From: a virus | Length of the DNA: 64,000 nucleotides | IMG/VR virus record: IMGVR_UViG_3300043427_001127 | Location: 64,001-128,000 of that record | Direction: 5' to 3' (one strand) | Shown: positions 10,898 through 20,981 of the stretch, piece after piece | Position numbering within the stretch: the first letter of the stretch is position 1 | How the letters are laid out: each line of letters starts with the position of its first letter | Position numbers and translations under genes: made by a program | The notes under the pieces: model-generated | What the model was told of the DNA's origin: nothing | What the model saw: the letters and a program-made list of their open reading frames with translations, nothing else | Databases searched by the model: none

Positions 10898-12375
10898 TGA
10901 CAAATCTGGCAGTTGCAAAAAAGAACAACATTTATCTGACCATCAAAGCAGAACCTCACGTTCATTACGAGTTAGCAGATTATTTTACGTTCGATATTCC
11001 TAATGCCAAGTTTATGCCACAATACAAAAGTGGTGTATGGGATGGCAAGATTAGATTGTATTCACCAGGAACAGGTGAACTATATTGTGGTCTTATTTCT
11101 CACTTAAAAGAATGGTGTGGTATTAAAAACTATTCTATTTCTTATGAGTCTAATAAGTTCTATGGCGATGTAGAAGAAAAAAATGAACAGATTACCTTAG
11201 AGGGTGTCAAAGGTTTCATGGGAGCTGTATGCCCCAATCACGAACCACGCGACTATCAAGTTCAAGCAGTGTATGAAGCACTGCTAAACAATCGTAGACT
11301 TCTACTCTCTCCAACTGCTTCAGGTAAATCTTTGATGATTTATTCTCTAGTACGTTACTACTATGCAGCAGAGTATAAAAAGTCAGGAAAGAAAACACTT
11401 ATCATTGTTCCTACTACTTCACTAGTGGAACAGATGTATAATGACTTTGCTGATTATGGATGGGATGTTGATGAACACTGTCACAGAATCTATGGCGGCA
11501 AAGATAAAAACGTAGAGAAAGCAGTTATCATTTCTACTTGGCAATCTATCTACAAGTTTCCTAAGCGTTGGTTTGATGACTTCTCCTGTGTCATCGGTGA
11601 CGAGGCACACCTATTCAAATCTAAATCTCTTACTGGCATCATGACTAAGTTGCATGAAGCTAAGTATCGTTTTGGTTTCACTGGCACACTTGATGGATCT
11701 GCTACTCATAAGTGGGTGCTTGAAGGATTGTTTGGTGAATGTAAGCATGTTACCAAGACAGAAAAACTTATCAAAGAAGGTCACCTATCTGATTTCAGAA
11801 TCAAAGTTCTTTTGCTGAAGCATGAGAGAATGGAGTTCTTTGATTATCAAGGAGAGATTGATGCGATTGTAGATAATCCAAAACGCAATAGGTTGATTAA
11901 AAATCTTGTGCGTGACTTAGAAGGAAACTCTCTGGTTCTCTTCAACTATGTGGAGCGTCACGGGATGCCACTTTACGAGGCGATAAATAGTGTTGTTGAA
12001 GAAGGTCGTAAAGTTTTTCTGGTCTATGGTGGTGTAGACACTGAAGAACGCGAAGAGATTAGACGCATCACTGAAACTGAAAACAACGCAGTGATTGTTG
12101 CTTCATACGGAACATTTAGCACTGGCATCAACATTCGTAACCTACACAATGTTGTATTTGCTTCACCTTCAAAATCAAGAGTAAGAAACTTACAGTCTAT
12201 CGGTCGTGTATTGCGTAAGGGCAATAACAAAACTTACGCTACTCTTTATGACATTGCCGATGAGTATTGCAGAACACCACAAAAAAACTATACGCTGAAA
12301 CATTTAGATGAACGTTTGAAAATCTATGAAGAAGAAAAGTTCAATGTAGAAATCATTAAACTGGATTTAAAGTAA
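10897..12375 (+). CDS. uvsW: SF2 DNA helicase UvsW
   Basis: SPTASGKS, DEAH, GFTGT, QSIGRVLR. Confidence 0.97.
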   Translation: MTNLAVAKKNNIYLTIKAEPHVHYELADYFTFDIPNAKFMPQYKSGVWDGKIRLYSPGTGELYCGLISHLKEWCGIKNYSISYESNKFYGDVEEKNEQITLEGVKGFMGAVCPNHEPRDYQVQAVYEALLNNRRLLLSPTASGKSLMIYSLVRYYYAAEYKKSGKKTLIIVPTTSLVEQMYNDFADYGWDVDEHCHRIYGGKDKNVEKAVIISTWQSIYKFPKRWFDDFSCVIGDEAHLFKSKSLTGIMTKLHEAKYRFGFTGTLDGSATHKWVLEGLFGECKHVTKTEKLIKEGHLSDFRIKVLLLKHERMEFFDYQGEIDAIVDNPKRNRLIKNLVRDLEGNSLVLFNYVERHGMPLYEAINSVVEEGRKVFLVYGGVDTEEREEIRRITETENNAVIVASYGTFSTGINIRNLHNVVFASPSKSRVRNLQSIGRVLRKGNNKTYATLYDIADEYCRTPQKNYTLKHLDERLKIYEEEKFNVEIIKLDLK

Positions 12376-12376
12376 C

Positions 12377-12796
12377 ATGGAAGAAGATTTTTATGCATCA
12401 ATGAAACTTACATCTGGAGAAGAGATCGTAGCTAAAGTTAGTTATGATCCAGATGATGATGTTGTTATTGTGTTTAATCCTCGCATAGTTGAAAAAATAG
12501 AAATTAAAAAAACTAATATGATTGTAGAAGGAATCGTCTTTGATGATTGGATCAACGCCACTCACGAAGATATGTTTATTATTCCCAGAAGTCATATTAT
12601 AACTATGATTGAACTAGATAATAAAATCTGTGGATTTTACGAAGATCATTTAAATGATAAAAGTAAATATAGAAAATCCAGATCGAAGGAACAAAAATCA
12701 AATACAAAAAAACAAGACCCCAAAGATCATGAAGGATATCTAGGATCTATTAAAGAAGCTAAGAAGTTATTAGAAGAGATATATAATAAATCTTGA
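12377..12796 (+). CDS. conserved cyanophage hypothetical protein (Sm-like fold possible)
   Basis: KLTSGEEIVAKV motif; usual position between uvsW and gp55. Confidence 0.65.
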   Translation: MEEDFYASMKLTSGEEIVAKVSYDPDDDVVIVFNPRIVEKIEIKKTNMIVEGIVFDDWINATHEDMFIIPRSHIITMIELDNKICGFYEDHLNDKSKYRKSRSKEQKSNTKKQDPKDHEGYLGSIKEAKKLLEEIYNKS

Positions 12797-12811
12797 AAGC
12801 GCGACATTGCT

Positions 12812-12845
12812 ATTATACACAGAATATAAGGTCTTGTCAAGCCCC
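12812..12845 (-). promoter_or_regulatory. sigma70-type promoter on minus strand (antisense)
   Basis: Reverse complement GGGGC-TTGACA-17 nt-TATAAT. Confidence 0.75.
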
Positions 12846-12874
12846 TTTACAAACGTTGCTCGGTGTGTTACAAT
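12846..12874 (+). promoter_or_regulatory. sigma70-type promoter for gp55
   Basis: TTTACA-17 nt-TACAAT. Confidence 0.7.
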
Positions 12875-12897
12875 ACACACAGAGTAAATAAAAGCAA

Positions 12898-13413
12898 ATG
12901 TTAGTAGCAAACAAACCCATGGCTAGAAGGGCAACCAAAGAAAACTATGTAAACAACAGGGAATTTTTGGATGCCCTTATGGTTTATCGGCAACAAGTTG
13001 CTGCTGCCAAAGAAAAGGGAATACCAAAACCAAAAGTACCAAACTACATTGGAGAGTGTTTTCTAAAGATTGCCACACACCTATCATATAAACCTAACTT
13101 TGTCAACTACATGTTTAGGGAAGATATGATCTGTGACGGTATTGAAAACTGTCTTCAGTATATTGACAACTTTAATCCAGAAAAATCTACTAACCCATTT
13201 GCTTATTTTACTCAAATCATCTATTATGCTTTTCTTCGTCGTATTCAGCGAGAGAAAAAGCAACTAGAAATCAAAGCTAAGATTCTTGAAAGGTCTGGGT
13301 TTGATGAAGTTTTGCATATGGACAGTCACGGTGGTGACATGTATGGTTATAGTAGCAGCAGTGCTGACATGAACAGCATTAAAGAAAACCTTGAGATCAG
13401 ATCTAAACGATGA
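12898..13413 (+). CDS. gp55: late-transcription sigma factor
   Basis: YVNNREF, NYMFREDMICDGIENC, NPFAYFTQIIYYAFLRRI; true start may be 12919. Confidence 0.96.
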   Translation: MLVANKPMARRATKENYVNNREFLDALMVYRQQVAAAKEKGIPKPKVPNYIGECFLKIATHLSYKPNFVNYMFREDMICDGIENCLQYIDNFNPEKSTNPFAYFTQIIYYAFLRRIQREKKQLEIKAKILERSGFDEVLHMDSHGGDMYGYSSSSADMNSIKENLEIRSKR

Positions 13414-14459
13414 CAGTTGCACTTATCACAGACCAGCATCTTGATGGAAGGAAAGGCAGTATTGCTTTTTGGGAATACTTCAAAAAGTTTTATGATGATG
13501 TATTCTTTCCTACGTTGGAAAAGCAGAATATCAAAACAGTCATTGACCTAGGCGATACCTTTGACAATCGCAAAGGCATTGACTTTAATGTTTGGAACCG
13601 TGTGCGTAGCTATTATTTTCAACGTCTTGAAGATATGGGTATCTTCGTTCACATGATCCTTGGCAATCACTGCACCTACTACAAGAATACGAACGAGATT
13701 AACTCACCCGAACTTCTGCTCAAGGACTTCAGCAACATTGAAATCTACGCTCACCCAGAGACGGTAATGATTGATGGTGCTAAGATTCTGATGTTGCCTT
13801 GGATCAACTCAAGCAACTATGAGGATACCATGAGGCATCTTGAGGGCACCAGTGCTGAGATTGCTATGGGTCATCTTGAACTATCTGGTTTTGAAGTGAC
13901 GCCTGGCAACAAACAAGAACATGGTATGGATCCTTCCATCTTCAAAAAGTTCAAACAAGTATTTTCTGGGCACTATCATCACAAATCATCCAGAGGTAAC
14001 ATTACTTATCTTGGTAACCCCTATCAGATGTTTTGGAATGATTACAAAGACGAGCGAGGATTTCATCTATATGAACCAACAACAAATAAACTCAAGCGGG
14101 TCAAGAACCCTTATGAGATTTTCCAGAAAATCTATTATAATGATTCTACTGGTTCTCATCTCAGCTTCGATACCAGTGAGTGTGCAAATTCTTTTGTCAA
14201 GATTATCGTAGAAGATAAAAAAGATTATACTGAGTTTGAAAAGTTTGTAGACTCTGTGTTTGCAGTTGCTCCTCACGATGTCAAAATTATCGAAACGCTT
14301 GTCAATGATTCTTTTGTAGAAGAAGACGAGAACGTAGAAATCAAAGATACACTCACCCTTCTTAATGAATATATTGATGAGGTAGAGATTGCTGTAGACA
14401 AAGCAAAGTTAAAGAGTATAATGAAATCACTATATATTGAAAGCTGTGAGGTAGTATAA
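13410..14459 (+). CDS. gp47: recombination endonuclease subunit (Mre11/SbcD-like)
   Basis: TDQH, DLGDTFD, GNH, GHYH metallophosphoesterase motifs. Confidence 0.96.
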   Translation: MTVALITDQHLDGRKGSIAFWEYFKKFYDDVFFPTLEKQNIKTVIDLGDTFDNRKGIDFNVWNRVRSYYFQRLEDMGIFVHMILGNHCTYYKNTNEINSPELLLKDFSNIEIYAHPETVMIDGAKILMLPWINSSNYEDTMRHLEGTSAEIAMGHLELSGFEVTPGNKQEHGMDPSIFKKFKQVFSGHYHHKSSRGNITYLGNPYQMFWNDYKDERGFHLYEPTTNKLKRVKNPYEIFQKIYYNDSTGSHLSFDTSECANSFVKIIVEDKKDYTEFEKFVDSVFAVAPHDVKIIETLVNDSFVEEDENVEIKDTLTLLNEYIDEVEIAVDKAKLKSIMKSLYIESCEVV

Positions 14460-14747
14460 ATGTTTTTGATCACTCTTGCTGAACATCCAGACGGAGTATA
14501 CTCGGTTCTTGACGAAGAGGGTGATCATGTGGTATACTTTTTTCGGGAGGAAGATGATGCGGAGCGTTATCTTGGATTGCTTGTAGCAAATCAAGATGAT
14601 GACAGTCTTCCTCCACTCATGACTTATGAAGTTGATACTAAAGCAGGTGTTGGTATGTGTGAGTTGCGAGGTATGAAATACCTCATTGTTGAACCTGACG
14701 ACATTATTGTTCCCCCTAGATCTTATGATAATTTTCAAGACGATTAA
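14460..14747 (+). CDS. hypothetical protein
   Basis: 95-aa acidic ORF between gp47 and gp46 (FREEDDAERY, DDIIVPP). Confidence 0.75.
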   Translation: MFLITLAEHPDGVYSVLDEEGDHVVYFFREEDDAERYLGLLVANQDDDSLPPLMTYEVDTKAGVGMCELRGMKYLIVEPDDIIVPPRSYDNFQDD

Positions 14748-16449
14748 ATGGAAAAACTTTCTTTCTACTGGTGCTCAGTTCACAGAGATTTCTCTGACTG
14801 ATAGAAAGAGTAGTTTGATTGTAGGAACCAATGGTGCTGGCAAGTCAACCATTTTAGATGCCCTTACTTTTTCTTTGTTTGGTAAACCTTTTCGCAAGAT
14901 TAATAAACCACAACTTCTCAACTCTATCAATCAATCTGATTGTGTTGTAGAAGTTAACTTTGATATTGGCAATAATAAATACAAAGTGATTCGTGGTATT
15001 AAACCAGCGAAGTTTGAAATCTATCAGAATGGTGCGCTACTCAACCAAGATTCATCTGCCGTAGATCAGCAGAAACATTTTGAGCAAACGATTCTGAAGA
15101 TGAACTACAAATCGTTTACTCAGATTGTTGTGCTGGGGTCATCGACCTTTGTGCCATTCATGCGTCTTCCACTGGCAGCTCGTAGAGAAATCATCGAAGA
15201 CATTCTTGACATTCAAATCTTCTCGACTATGAATGTCAATCTGAAAGAAAAAATCAAAGTAATCAACGACGAACTTAAAGACCACGAATATAAACTCTCA
15301 CTTGTCAAAGAGAAGATTGACATGCAGAAGCAGTTTATGCTTGACATTGAAAAGAAGAATAAAGAAGACATTCAACAAAAAGAGAATCGCAAAGAAACTC
15401 TTCTACAAGAGGCTCTAGATTATGAGACACAAATCCTCGATAATGACAAGGAAATCGACGCTAAGACCTCTGCCGTTTCAGACACGCAGACGCTTAAAGC
15501 AACGATCACTAAGGTTAATACGCTCAGCAACAAAATATCATCCAAACAAAAAACATATCATAAGGAAAAAATATTCTTTGAGCAGAATGATTCGTGCCCG
15601 ACATGCGGACAGAGTATTGAGGAGCATTTTAAACAAGAGAAGATCCAAGTTCTCTCGGATAAACTTGTTGAGGTGGAAAAAGCTATGTCTGATTTGGGAC
15701 AACAACTTTCCGATCTCCAAAGTAAAGAGAATACCTTTATTCTTTTGATTGATGAAATAAACGAACTCAATCTAAAGAATCGACAACTCAATAATGAAAT
15801 TAAGTCACTTCATAAACGAATTGAAGAACTGGACGACGACATCAGAAAACTGCGGGATTCAGATATCAGTCAACGGGAACAGTTTTCAATACTTAAATCC
15901 CTCAGCGAAGACGGGAAGCAAATCCAAGAAACTATTTCTGAAACAAAAGAAGAAAAAGATTGCCTCCTCACGGCGGCACAACTTCTCAAAGACTCGGGGA
16001 TCAAAACGAGGATCATCAAAAAATACCTCCCAACGATGAACAAACTTATCAATGATTACCTTGATAAGATGGAGTTTCCAGCATCGTTCATGTTAAATGA
16101 AAGTTTTGAAGAGGTAATCAAATCACGATATAGGGACGAGTTTAGTTATGAATCTTTTTCTGAAGGAGAAAAAGCTAGAATCGATATTGCTCTGCTGCTT
16201 ACTTGGCGTAGCGTTGCTAAACTTAAGAATAGCGTGGATACTAATCTTCTGATTCTTGATGAAATCTTTGACGGGTCACTTGACCAATCTGGTAACAGCG
16301 ACCTTGGATGGATTCTAAAAACATTTGATGACAAAACTAATGTGTTTGTTATTTCACACCGCGACAATATGGCAGACAAGTTTGACCGCTGCCTCAGATT
16401 TGAGAAGCATAAGAACTTCTCATACGTCACAGACGAGACATCAGAATAG
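14725..16449 (+). CDS. gp46: recombination ATPase subunit (Rad50/SbcC-like)
   Basis: KNFLSTG, GTNGAGKST, CPTC zinc hook, FSEGEK, ILDEIFD. Confidence 0.97.
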   Translation: MIIFKTIKWKNFLSTGAQFTEISLTDRKSSLIVGTNGAGKSTILDALTFSLFGKPFRKINKPQLLNSINQSDCVVEVNFDIGNNKYKVIRGIKPAKFEIYQNGALLNQDSSAVDQQKHFEQTILKMNYKSFTQIVVLGSSTFVPFMRLPLAARREIIEDILDIQIFSTMNVNLKEKIKVINDELKDHEYKLSLVKEKIDMQKQFMLDIEKKNKEDIQQKENRKETLLQEALDYETQILDNDKEIDAKTSAVSDTQTLKATITKVNTLSNKISSKQKTYHKEKIFFEQNDSCPTCGQSIEEHFKQEKIQVLSDKLVEVEKAMSDLGQQLSDLQSKENTFILLIDEINELNLKNRQLNNEIKSLHKRIEELDDDIRKLRDSDISQREQFSILKSLSEDGKQIQETISETKEEKDCLLTAAQLLKDSGIKTRIIKKYLPTMNKLINDYLDKMEFPASFMLNESFEEVIKSRYRDEFSYESFSEGEKARIDIALLLTWRSVAKLKNSVDTNLLILDEIFDGSLDQSGNSDLGWILKTFDDKTNVFVISHRDNMADKFDRCLRFEKHKNFSYVTDETSE

Positions 16450-16512
16450 CTTAACAGGGGTTGCTGCGGCGACCCCTTTGCTGTATAGTTGATTCATCAA
16501 CGAAAGAGACCG

Positions 16513-18660
16513 ATGTTCAACGCCGAAGTCAAGGGCAATCTCGCTCGCCTTCTCGCCACCGAGAACCTTATCATTGAGCACCGCCCTGTAGAGACGGCGA
16601 TGTTCAACGTGAAAGACCGTATCCTCACCCTGCCGATGTGGGAGCGGGCATCCGCCAACGTCTACGATATGCTGGTGGGGCATGAAGTCGGTCACGCTCT
16701 CTACACCCCTGACCGTTGGGGTGATGACTATGGCATTCCTCAGTCGTATCTCAACGTGTGCGAGGATGCTCGTATTGAGAAACTGATGAAGCGTAAGTTT
16801 CCTGGTCTCGCCCGTAACTTCTACGCTGGTTATAAAGAACTGCAGGATGATGATTTCTTCTGTATCGGTGAGCGTGAGCTGGATAGTTATGCTTTGATTG
16901 ACCGTGTGAATCTTTACTTTAAGATTGGCATTCACGCTGGTGAAGTCTTCTCTTGGAATGAGCAAGAAAAAGCAATCGTAGATGAGCTTGCTAATGCCGA
17001 AACTTTTGAGCAAGTTGTGGATGTTGCTCGCAAGATTCTTGCATACACTGAGCAACAGGAACAACAGCAGGTTGTTGAGGCGCAAGGCGACCTTCAGCAA
17101 TCTACTCAAGGTGGGGGTGATTCCACTCAAGGTGGGGGTGACTCTACTGATGGTGAGGGTGAGCAACCTCAGCAAACTTCTGGTGACGGTAACCAAACTG
17201 AAGGTAACGCTGATTCCGATCAACCCGATGATCAGGGTGAAGGTGCTACCAATGGTGGTGGTCAAACGAATACGCTTGAGTCTGAAACTGACAAGGCATT
17301 TACTGAGAATCAGAAACAACTGATTAGTCAGTATCCTCGTTCGCAGCACCTCAACTACATTGAGCTGCCTGACCTCAAAGTAGATAACATTGTTGTCTCT
17401 AACAAGCAAGTGCAGGAAGACTGCAACACTTGCTTCAATGAGCAAACCTCTCGTGTGTTTGCTGAGGTTGACAAACAGTATCTGACTTTCCGTAGCGAAG
17501 CTCAGCGTGAGGTTAACTATCTTGTAAAAGAGTTTGAGATGCGTAAGTCGGCGGACCAGTATGCCCGTGCATCTACTGCCAAGACTGGTATCCTTGATAC
17601 TGCGCTGCTTCATACCTACAAGTGGAATGAGGATGTGTTTAAGAAAATCAATGTTGTGCCTGATGGTAAGAATCATGGTCTGATTTTTATCCTTGACTGG
17701 TCTGGTTCTATGGGTGGTATCCTGCAAGATACTGCTAAGCAACTGTTGAACCTTGCATGGTTCTGTAAGAAAGTGCAGATTCCTTTTGACATCTATGCTT
17801 TTACCAATGACTACTGGTATCACCGAAGCTACGATTATCACACTCAAACTCGCAACAAATCTCCTCGCATTCAAACTCCTAAGGCGGGTCAAGTCAAACT
17901 GTGTGACCACTTCAACATGCTGAATCTTGTCAGCAGCAACGGTCGCAACGGCAAAGACCTTGAAGCACAACTTAAAAACTTCTGGCGTCTTGTTGTTGGC
18001 AATGGTAGCTACTCTGGTTACTCTATTCCTGCTGGTTATGGTCTGTCTGGCACTCCTCTCCATGAGGCAGCAATCTCTCTGACTGCACTTATCCCTGCCT
18101 TTCAGAAGCGTAACAAGGTTCAAAAGACCAACGTTATTATTCTGACTGACGGTGAATCTGCCAGCATCAACTACTACACTGACCAGAAGTATGGTAGCCG
18201 TATGGGCACGAATCATGTAACCAATGATTGTGTTCTGCGTGATCGTAAAACTGGTCGTGTGTATCCTCGCTTTGATGATGGTGGTTACTATGGTAACTCT
18301 GATAAAATCACCAAAGTGTTTCTTCAGAATGTGCGTGATCGTTTCCCTGATGTAAACCTTATCGGTATTCGTCTGGTGAATGGTCGTGGTCTTAACACCA
18401 CCTACAATGCTGAAGATTGTAAAACTTCTTGGGATGAAGTTCAAAAGCAGTGGAAGAAAAACAAGTCCGCTGAACTGATTGAGCATCTTGGTTATCAAGC
18501 ACTTTACATGATGGGCACTGATTCGCTATCTGCGAATAGCGAATTTGATGTTGAAGATGATGCTACCGAGAAAGAAATCGGCAAGGCATTTACTAAAGCA
18601 CTCGCCAAGAAAGGCGTCAATAAGAAGATGCTGACCTCCTTCGCCACACTCATCAGTTGA
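16513..18660 (+). CDS. HExxH metallopeptidase-like + VWA domain protein (CobT-like partner of AAA ATPase)
   Basis: HEVGH...EDARIE N-domain, acidic Gly/Gln linker, MIDAS motifs DWSGS / GTP / LTDGE. Confidence 0.85.
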   Translation: MFNAEVKGNLARLLATENLIIEHRPVETAMFNVKDRILTLPMWERASANVYDMLVGHEVGHALYTPDRWGDDYGIPQSYLNVCEDARIEKLMKRKFPGLARNFYAGYKELQDDDFFCIGERELDSYALIDRVNLYFKIGIHAGEVFSWNEQEKAIVDELANAETFEQVVDVARKILAYTEQQEQQQVVEAQGDLQQSTQGGGDSTQGGGDSTDGEGEQPQQTSGDGNQTEGNADSDQPDDQGEGATNGGGQTNTLESETDKAFTENQKQLISQYPRSQHLNYIELPDLKVDNIVVSNKQVQEDCNTCFNEQTSRVFAEVDKQYLTFRSEAQREVNYLVKEFEMRKSADQYARASTAKTGILDTALLHTYKWNEDVFKKINVVPDGKNHGLIFILDWSGSMGGILQDTAKQLLNLAWFCKKVQIPFDIYAFTNDYWYHRSYDYHTQTRNKSPRIQTPKAGQVKLCDHFNMLNLVSSNGRNGKDLEAQLKNFWRLVVGNGSYSGYSIPAGYGLSGTPLHEAAISLTALIPAFQKRNKVQKTNVIILTDGESASINYYTDQKYGSRMGTNHVTNDCVLRDRKTGRVYPRFDDGGYYGNSDKITKVFLQNVRDRFPDVNLIGIRLVNGRGLNTTYNAEDCKTSWDEVQKQWKKNKSAELIEHLGYQALYMMGTDSLSANSEFDVEDDATEKEIGKAFTKALAKKGVNKKMLTSFATLIS

Positions 18661-18731
18661 TCTGATCAATGGGGGCTTGCGCCCCCATCCCCTTTGCCCT
18701 ATAATACTTACATACGAAACGACCCCACACC

Positions 18732-19835
18732 ATGAAAAACTTTGAAGTCGCCCCCATGATTGACCGCTTCGGTCCTGTTGTGACTGCTGCTGACGTTCGT
18801 GCCTATGCCGACGAGATTGGCATGGGTTACCAAACGCTCACTAAGAAACTGGAACAGTTCAAGGTGCAGCGTGGTCTGTGGCATCTGACTGCTGCTGAGC
18901 AACTTGAGCAAACCTATAATCAACCCGCTGTTGAACCTGTGGCAGAAAACCCTGAAAACTTTATTCCTGCGAAAGATGCTTCCTTCGTCAGCTTTGGTAA
19001 CTTTAGTGATATTAAGAAGATTGTTTCTTCTCGCCAGTATTATCCTATCTTCATCACTGGTCTCTCTGGTAACGGTAAAACTTTCAGTGTGGAGCAAGCT
19101 TGTGCTCAACTGAAGCGTGAGTTGATTCGTGTCAACATCACCATTGAGACCGACGAGGATGATCTGATCGGCGGTTTCCGTCTCGTTAACGGTGAGACCG
19201 TGTGGCACGATGGTCCTGTGGTGCAGGCACTCAACCGTGGCGCTATTCTCCTGCTGGATGAGATTGACCTTGCCTCTAACAAAATCCTCTGCCTGCAATC
19301 TGTGCTTGAGGGTAAGGGTGTCTTCCTTAAGAAGATCGGCAAGTATGTCAAACCCGCTGCTGGTTTCAACGTTGTTGCTACTGCCAACACCAAAGGTAAG
19401 GGTAGCGATGACGGTCGCTTCATCGGCACTAACGTTCTCAACGAAGCATTCCTTGAGCGTTTTCCTGTGACCTTTGAGCAGGCATATCCCACTCCTAAGG
19501 TTGAAACTGCTATCCTTAAGAAAGCTGCTGATTCGCTGAACTGCTACGATGAAGAGTTTGTGAGTCGTCTGGTTGCATGGGCAGAGATTATTCGTAAGAC
19601 CTTCTACGATGGTGGTGTTGACGAAATCATTTCCACTCGTCGTCTGGTTCACGTTATCCGCGCCTTCAGTATCTTTGGCAAGCGTAAAAAAGCGATTGAG
19701 GTTTGCATCGCTCGTTTTGATGATGAGACTAAGCAATCCTTCATGGAACTCTATTCCAAGATTGACGCTTCCATTGATGCTCAACCTACTGAAACCACTC
19801 AACCCGAACTGACTGTTGAATCTGATCCCTTCTGA
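18732..19835 (+). CDS. cobS: MoxR/CobS-like AAA+ ATPase
   Basis: GLSGNGKT, LLDEID, ATANTKG, NEAFLERF, STRRLV. Confidence 0.9.
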   Translation: MKNFEVAPMIDRFGPVVTAADVRAYADEIGMGYQTLTKKLEQFKVQRGLWHLTAAEQLEQTYNQPAVEPVAENPENFIPAKDASFVSFGNFSDIKKIVSSRQYYPIFITGLSGNGKTFSVEQACAQLKRELIRVNITIETDEDDLIGGFRLVNGETVWHDGPVVQALNRGAILLLDEIDLASNKILCLQSVLEGKGVFLKKIGKYVKPAAGFNVVATANTKGKGSDDGRFIGTNVLNEAFLERFPVTFEQAYPTPKVETAILKKAADSLNCYDEEFVSRLVAWAEIIRKTFYDGGVDEIISTRRLVHVIRAFSIFGKRKKAIEVCIARFDDETKQSFMELYSKIDASIDAQPTETTQPELTVESDPF

Positions 19836-20032
19836 TGTTTGATAACCTCTCTCGCCACACCCTCATTCGCCTGACGGATGGGGGTGTTTTTTTAATCAAA
19901 TGTAAAGTCATGGAGCTTCACAATGGATTGGAGATTCCCTGTTACCTTGGATTACGTTACGTCACCGAGGTTGACTACATGACCACAAGATGCTATACTG
20001 AACAAATAGATTCTATTATCAAGGAAATCTAA
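19835..20032 (+). CDS. hypothetical protein
   Basis: 65-aa ORF coupled to cobS stop; contains a terminator-like hairpin at 19857-19892. Confidence 0.5.
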   Translation: MFDNLSRHTLIRLTDGGVFLIKCKVMELHNGLEIPCYLGLRYVTEVDYMTTRCYTEQIDSIIKEI

Positions 20033-20034
20033 CT

Positions 20035-20322
20035 ATGCAATGGAAATACAATGAAGAGCAACTGCTCAATGAACTGCGAGATTACATCACCAATACATAT
20101 CGCCAACACTATTCGTCTGGCGTAGATGGTGTTCAGACCCTAGATCTGATCGCTGCCTGTGGTGATGGTGAACCATTCTGTCGTAGTAATATTCTCAAGT
20201 ATGCTTCGCGGTATGATAAGAAAGGAAGCGCCCGACATGATATTATGAAAGTGCTGCACTACGCACTTCTGCTTCTACACTTCAATGACCAAAACGCACA
20301 GCGAGAAGATTACAACCGATGA
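20035..20322 (+). CDS. DUF3310-like protein
   Basis: HYS...QTLDLI...FCRSNILKYASRYDKKG...DIMKVLHY. Confidence 0.75.
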   Translation: MQWKYNEEQLLNELRDYITNTYRQHYSSGVDGVQTLDLIAACGDGEPFCRSNILKYASRYDKKGSARHDIMKVLHYALLLLHFNDQNAQREDYNR

Positions 20323-20981
20323 GCACAGTTGCACTTTCCCAAACTACTCTGAATATTCTAAAGAACTTCGCCACGATTAACAATGGCATCATCATCAAAA
20401 AAGGCAACACGCTACGAACCATTTCCAACGCTGAGAACATCCTGGCTGCGGCAAACGTGGAAGAGTCTTTTCCTCAGACCTTTGCTATCTATGACCTCAA
20501 TCAGTTTATTGCTGGTCTCAGTTTGTTTGACAATCCCTCTTTGGATTTTGATAATACCGACTATGTTACTATCAAAGATGGGAGAAGTCGTGTCAAATAT
20601 TATTTCAGTGATCCTGAGATTACGCTCAAAACTGCGCCTGATAAATCAGTAAAGTATCCTGGTTCCGATATTCAGTTCACTCTGTCTGCTGCTAACATCG
20701 CTGCCATTCAGAAAGCAACTGGTATCTACAAACTACCTGACCTGAACATCAGCTCTGATGAAGAGATTATTCTGTCAGTCCGCGACAATGAAGTGTCAAC
20801 GTCTAACACGTATGATATCATTGTACCAGGCACATTTGAAGGAACGCATTCGCTTGACCTGAAGGTTGAGAACATTCGTCTTCTTCAAGGTGATTATCAG
20901 GTTGGTGTTTCTAAGCATCACATTTCTGAGTGGAAGCATCTCAACCTTGACGTTACATATTACATCGCACTTGAACCTTGA
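20319..20981 (+). CDS. gp45: sliding clamp
   Basis: ILKNFATIN, FAIYDLNQF, YYIALE. Confidence 0.96.
   Translation: MSTVALSQTTLNILKNFATINNGIIIKKGNTLRTISNAENILAAANVEESFPQTFAIYDLNQFIAGLSLFDNPSLDFDNTDYVTIKDGRSRVKYYFSDPEITLKTAPDKSVKYPGSDIQFTLSAANIAAIQKATGIYKLPDLNISSDEEIILSVRDNEVSTSNTYDIIVPGTFEGTHSLDLKVENIRLLQGDYQVGVSKHHISEWKHLNLDVTYYIALEP

Noticed and set aside
16441-19802. Long minus-strand ORFs (685 aa and 364 aa)
   Set aside because: Antisense shadows of the VWA and AAA genes caused by codon bias; no motifs, RBS or promoter.
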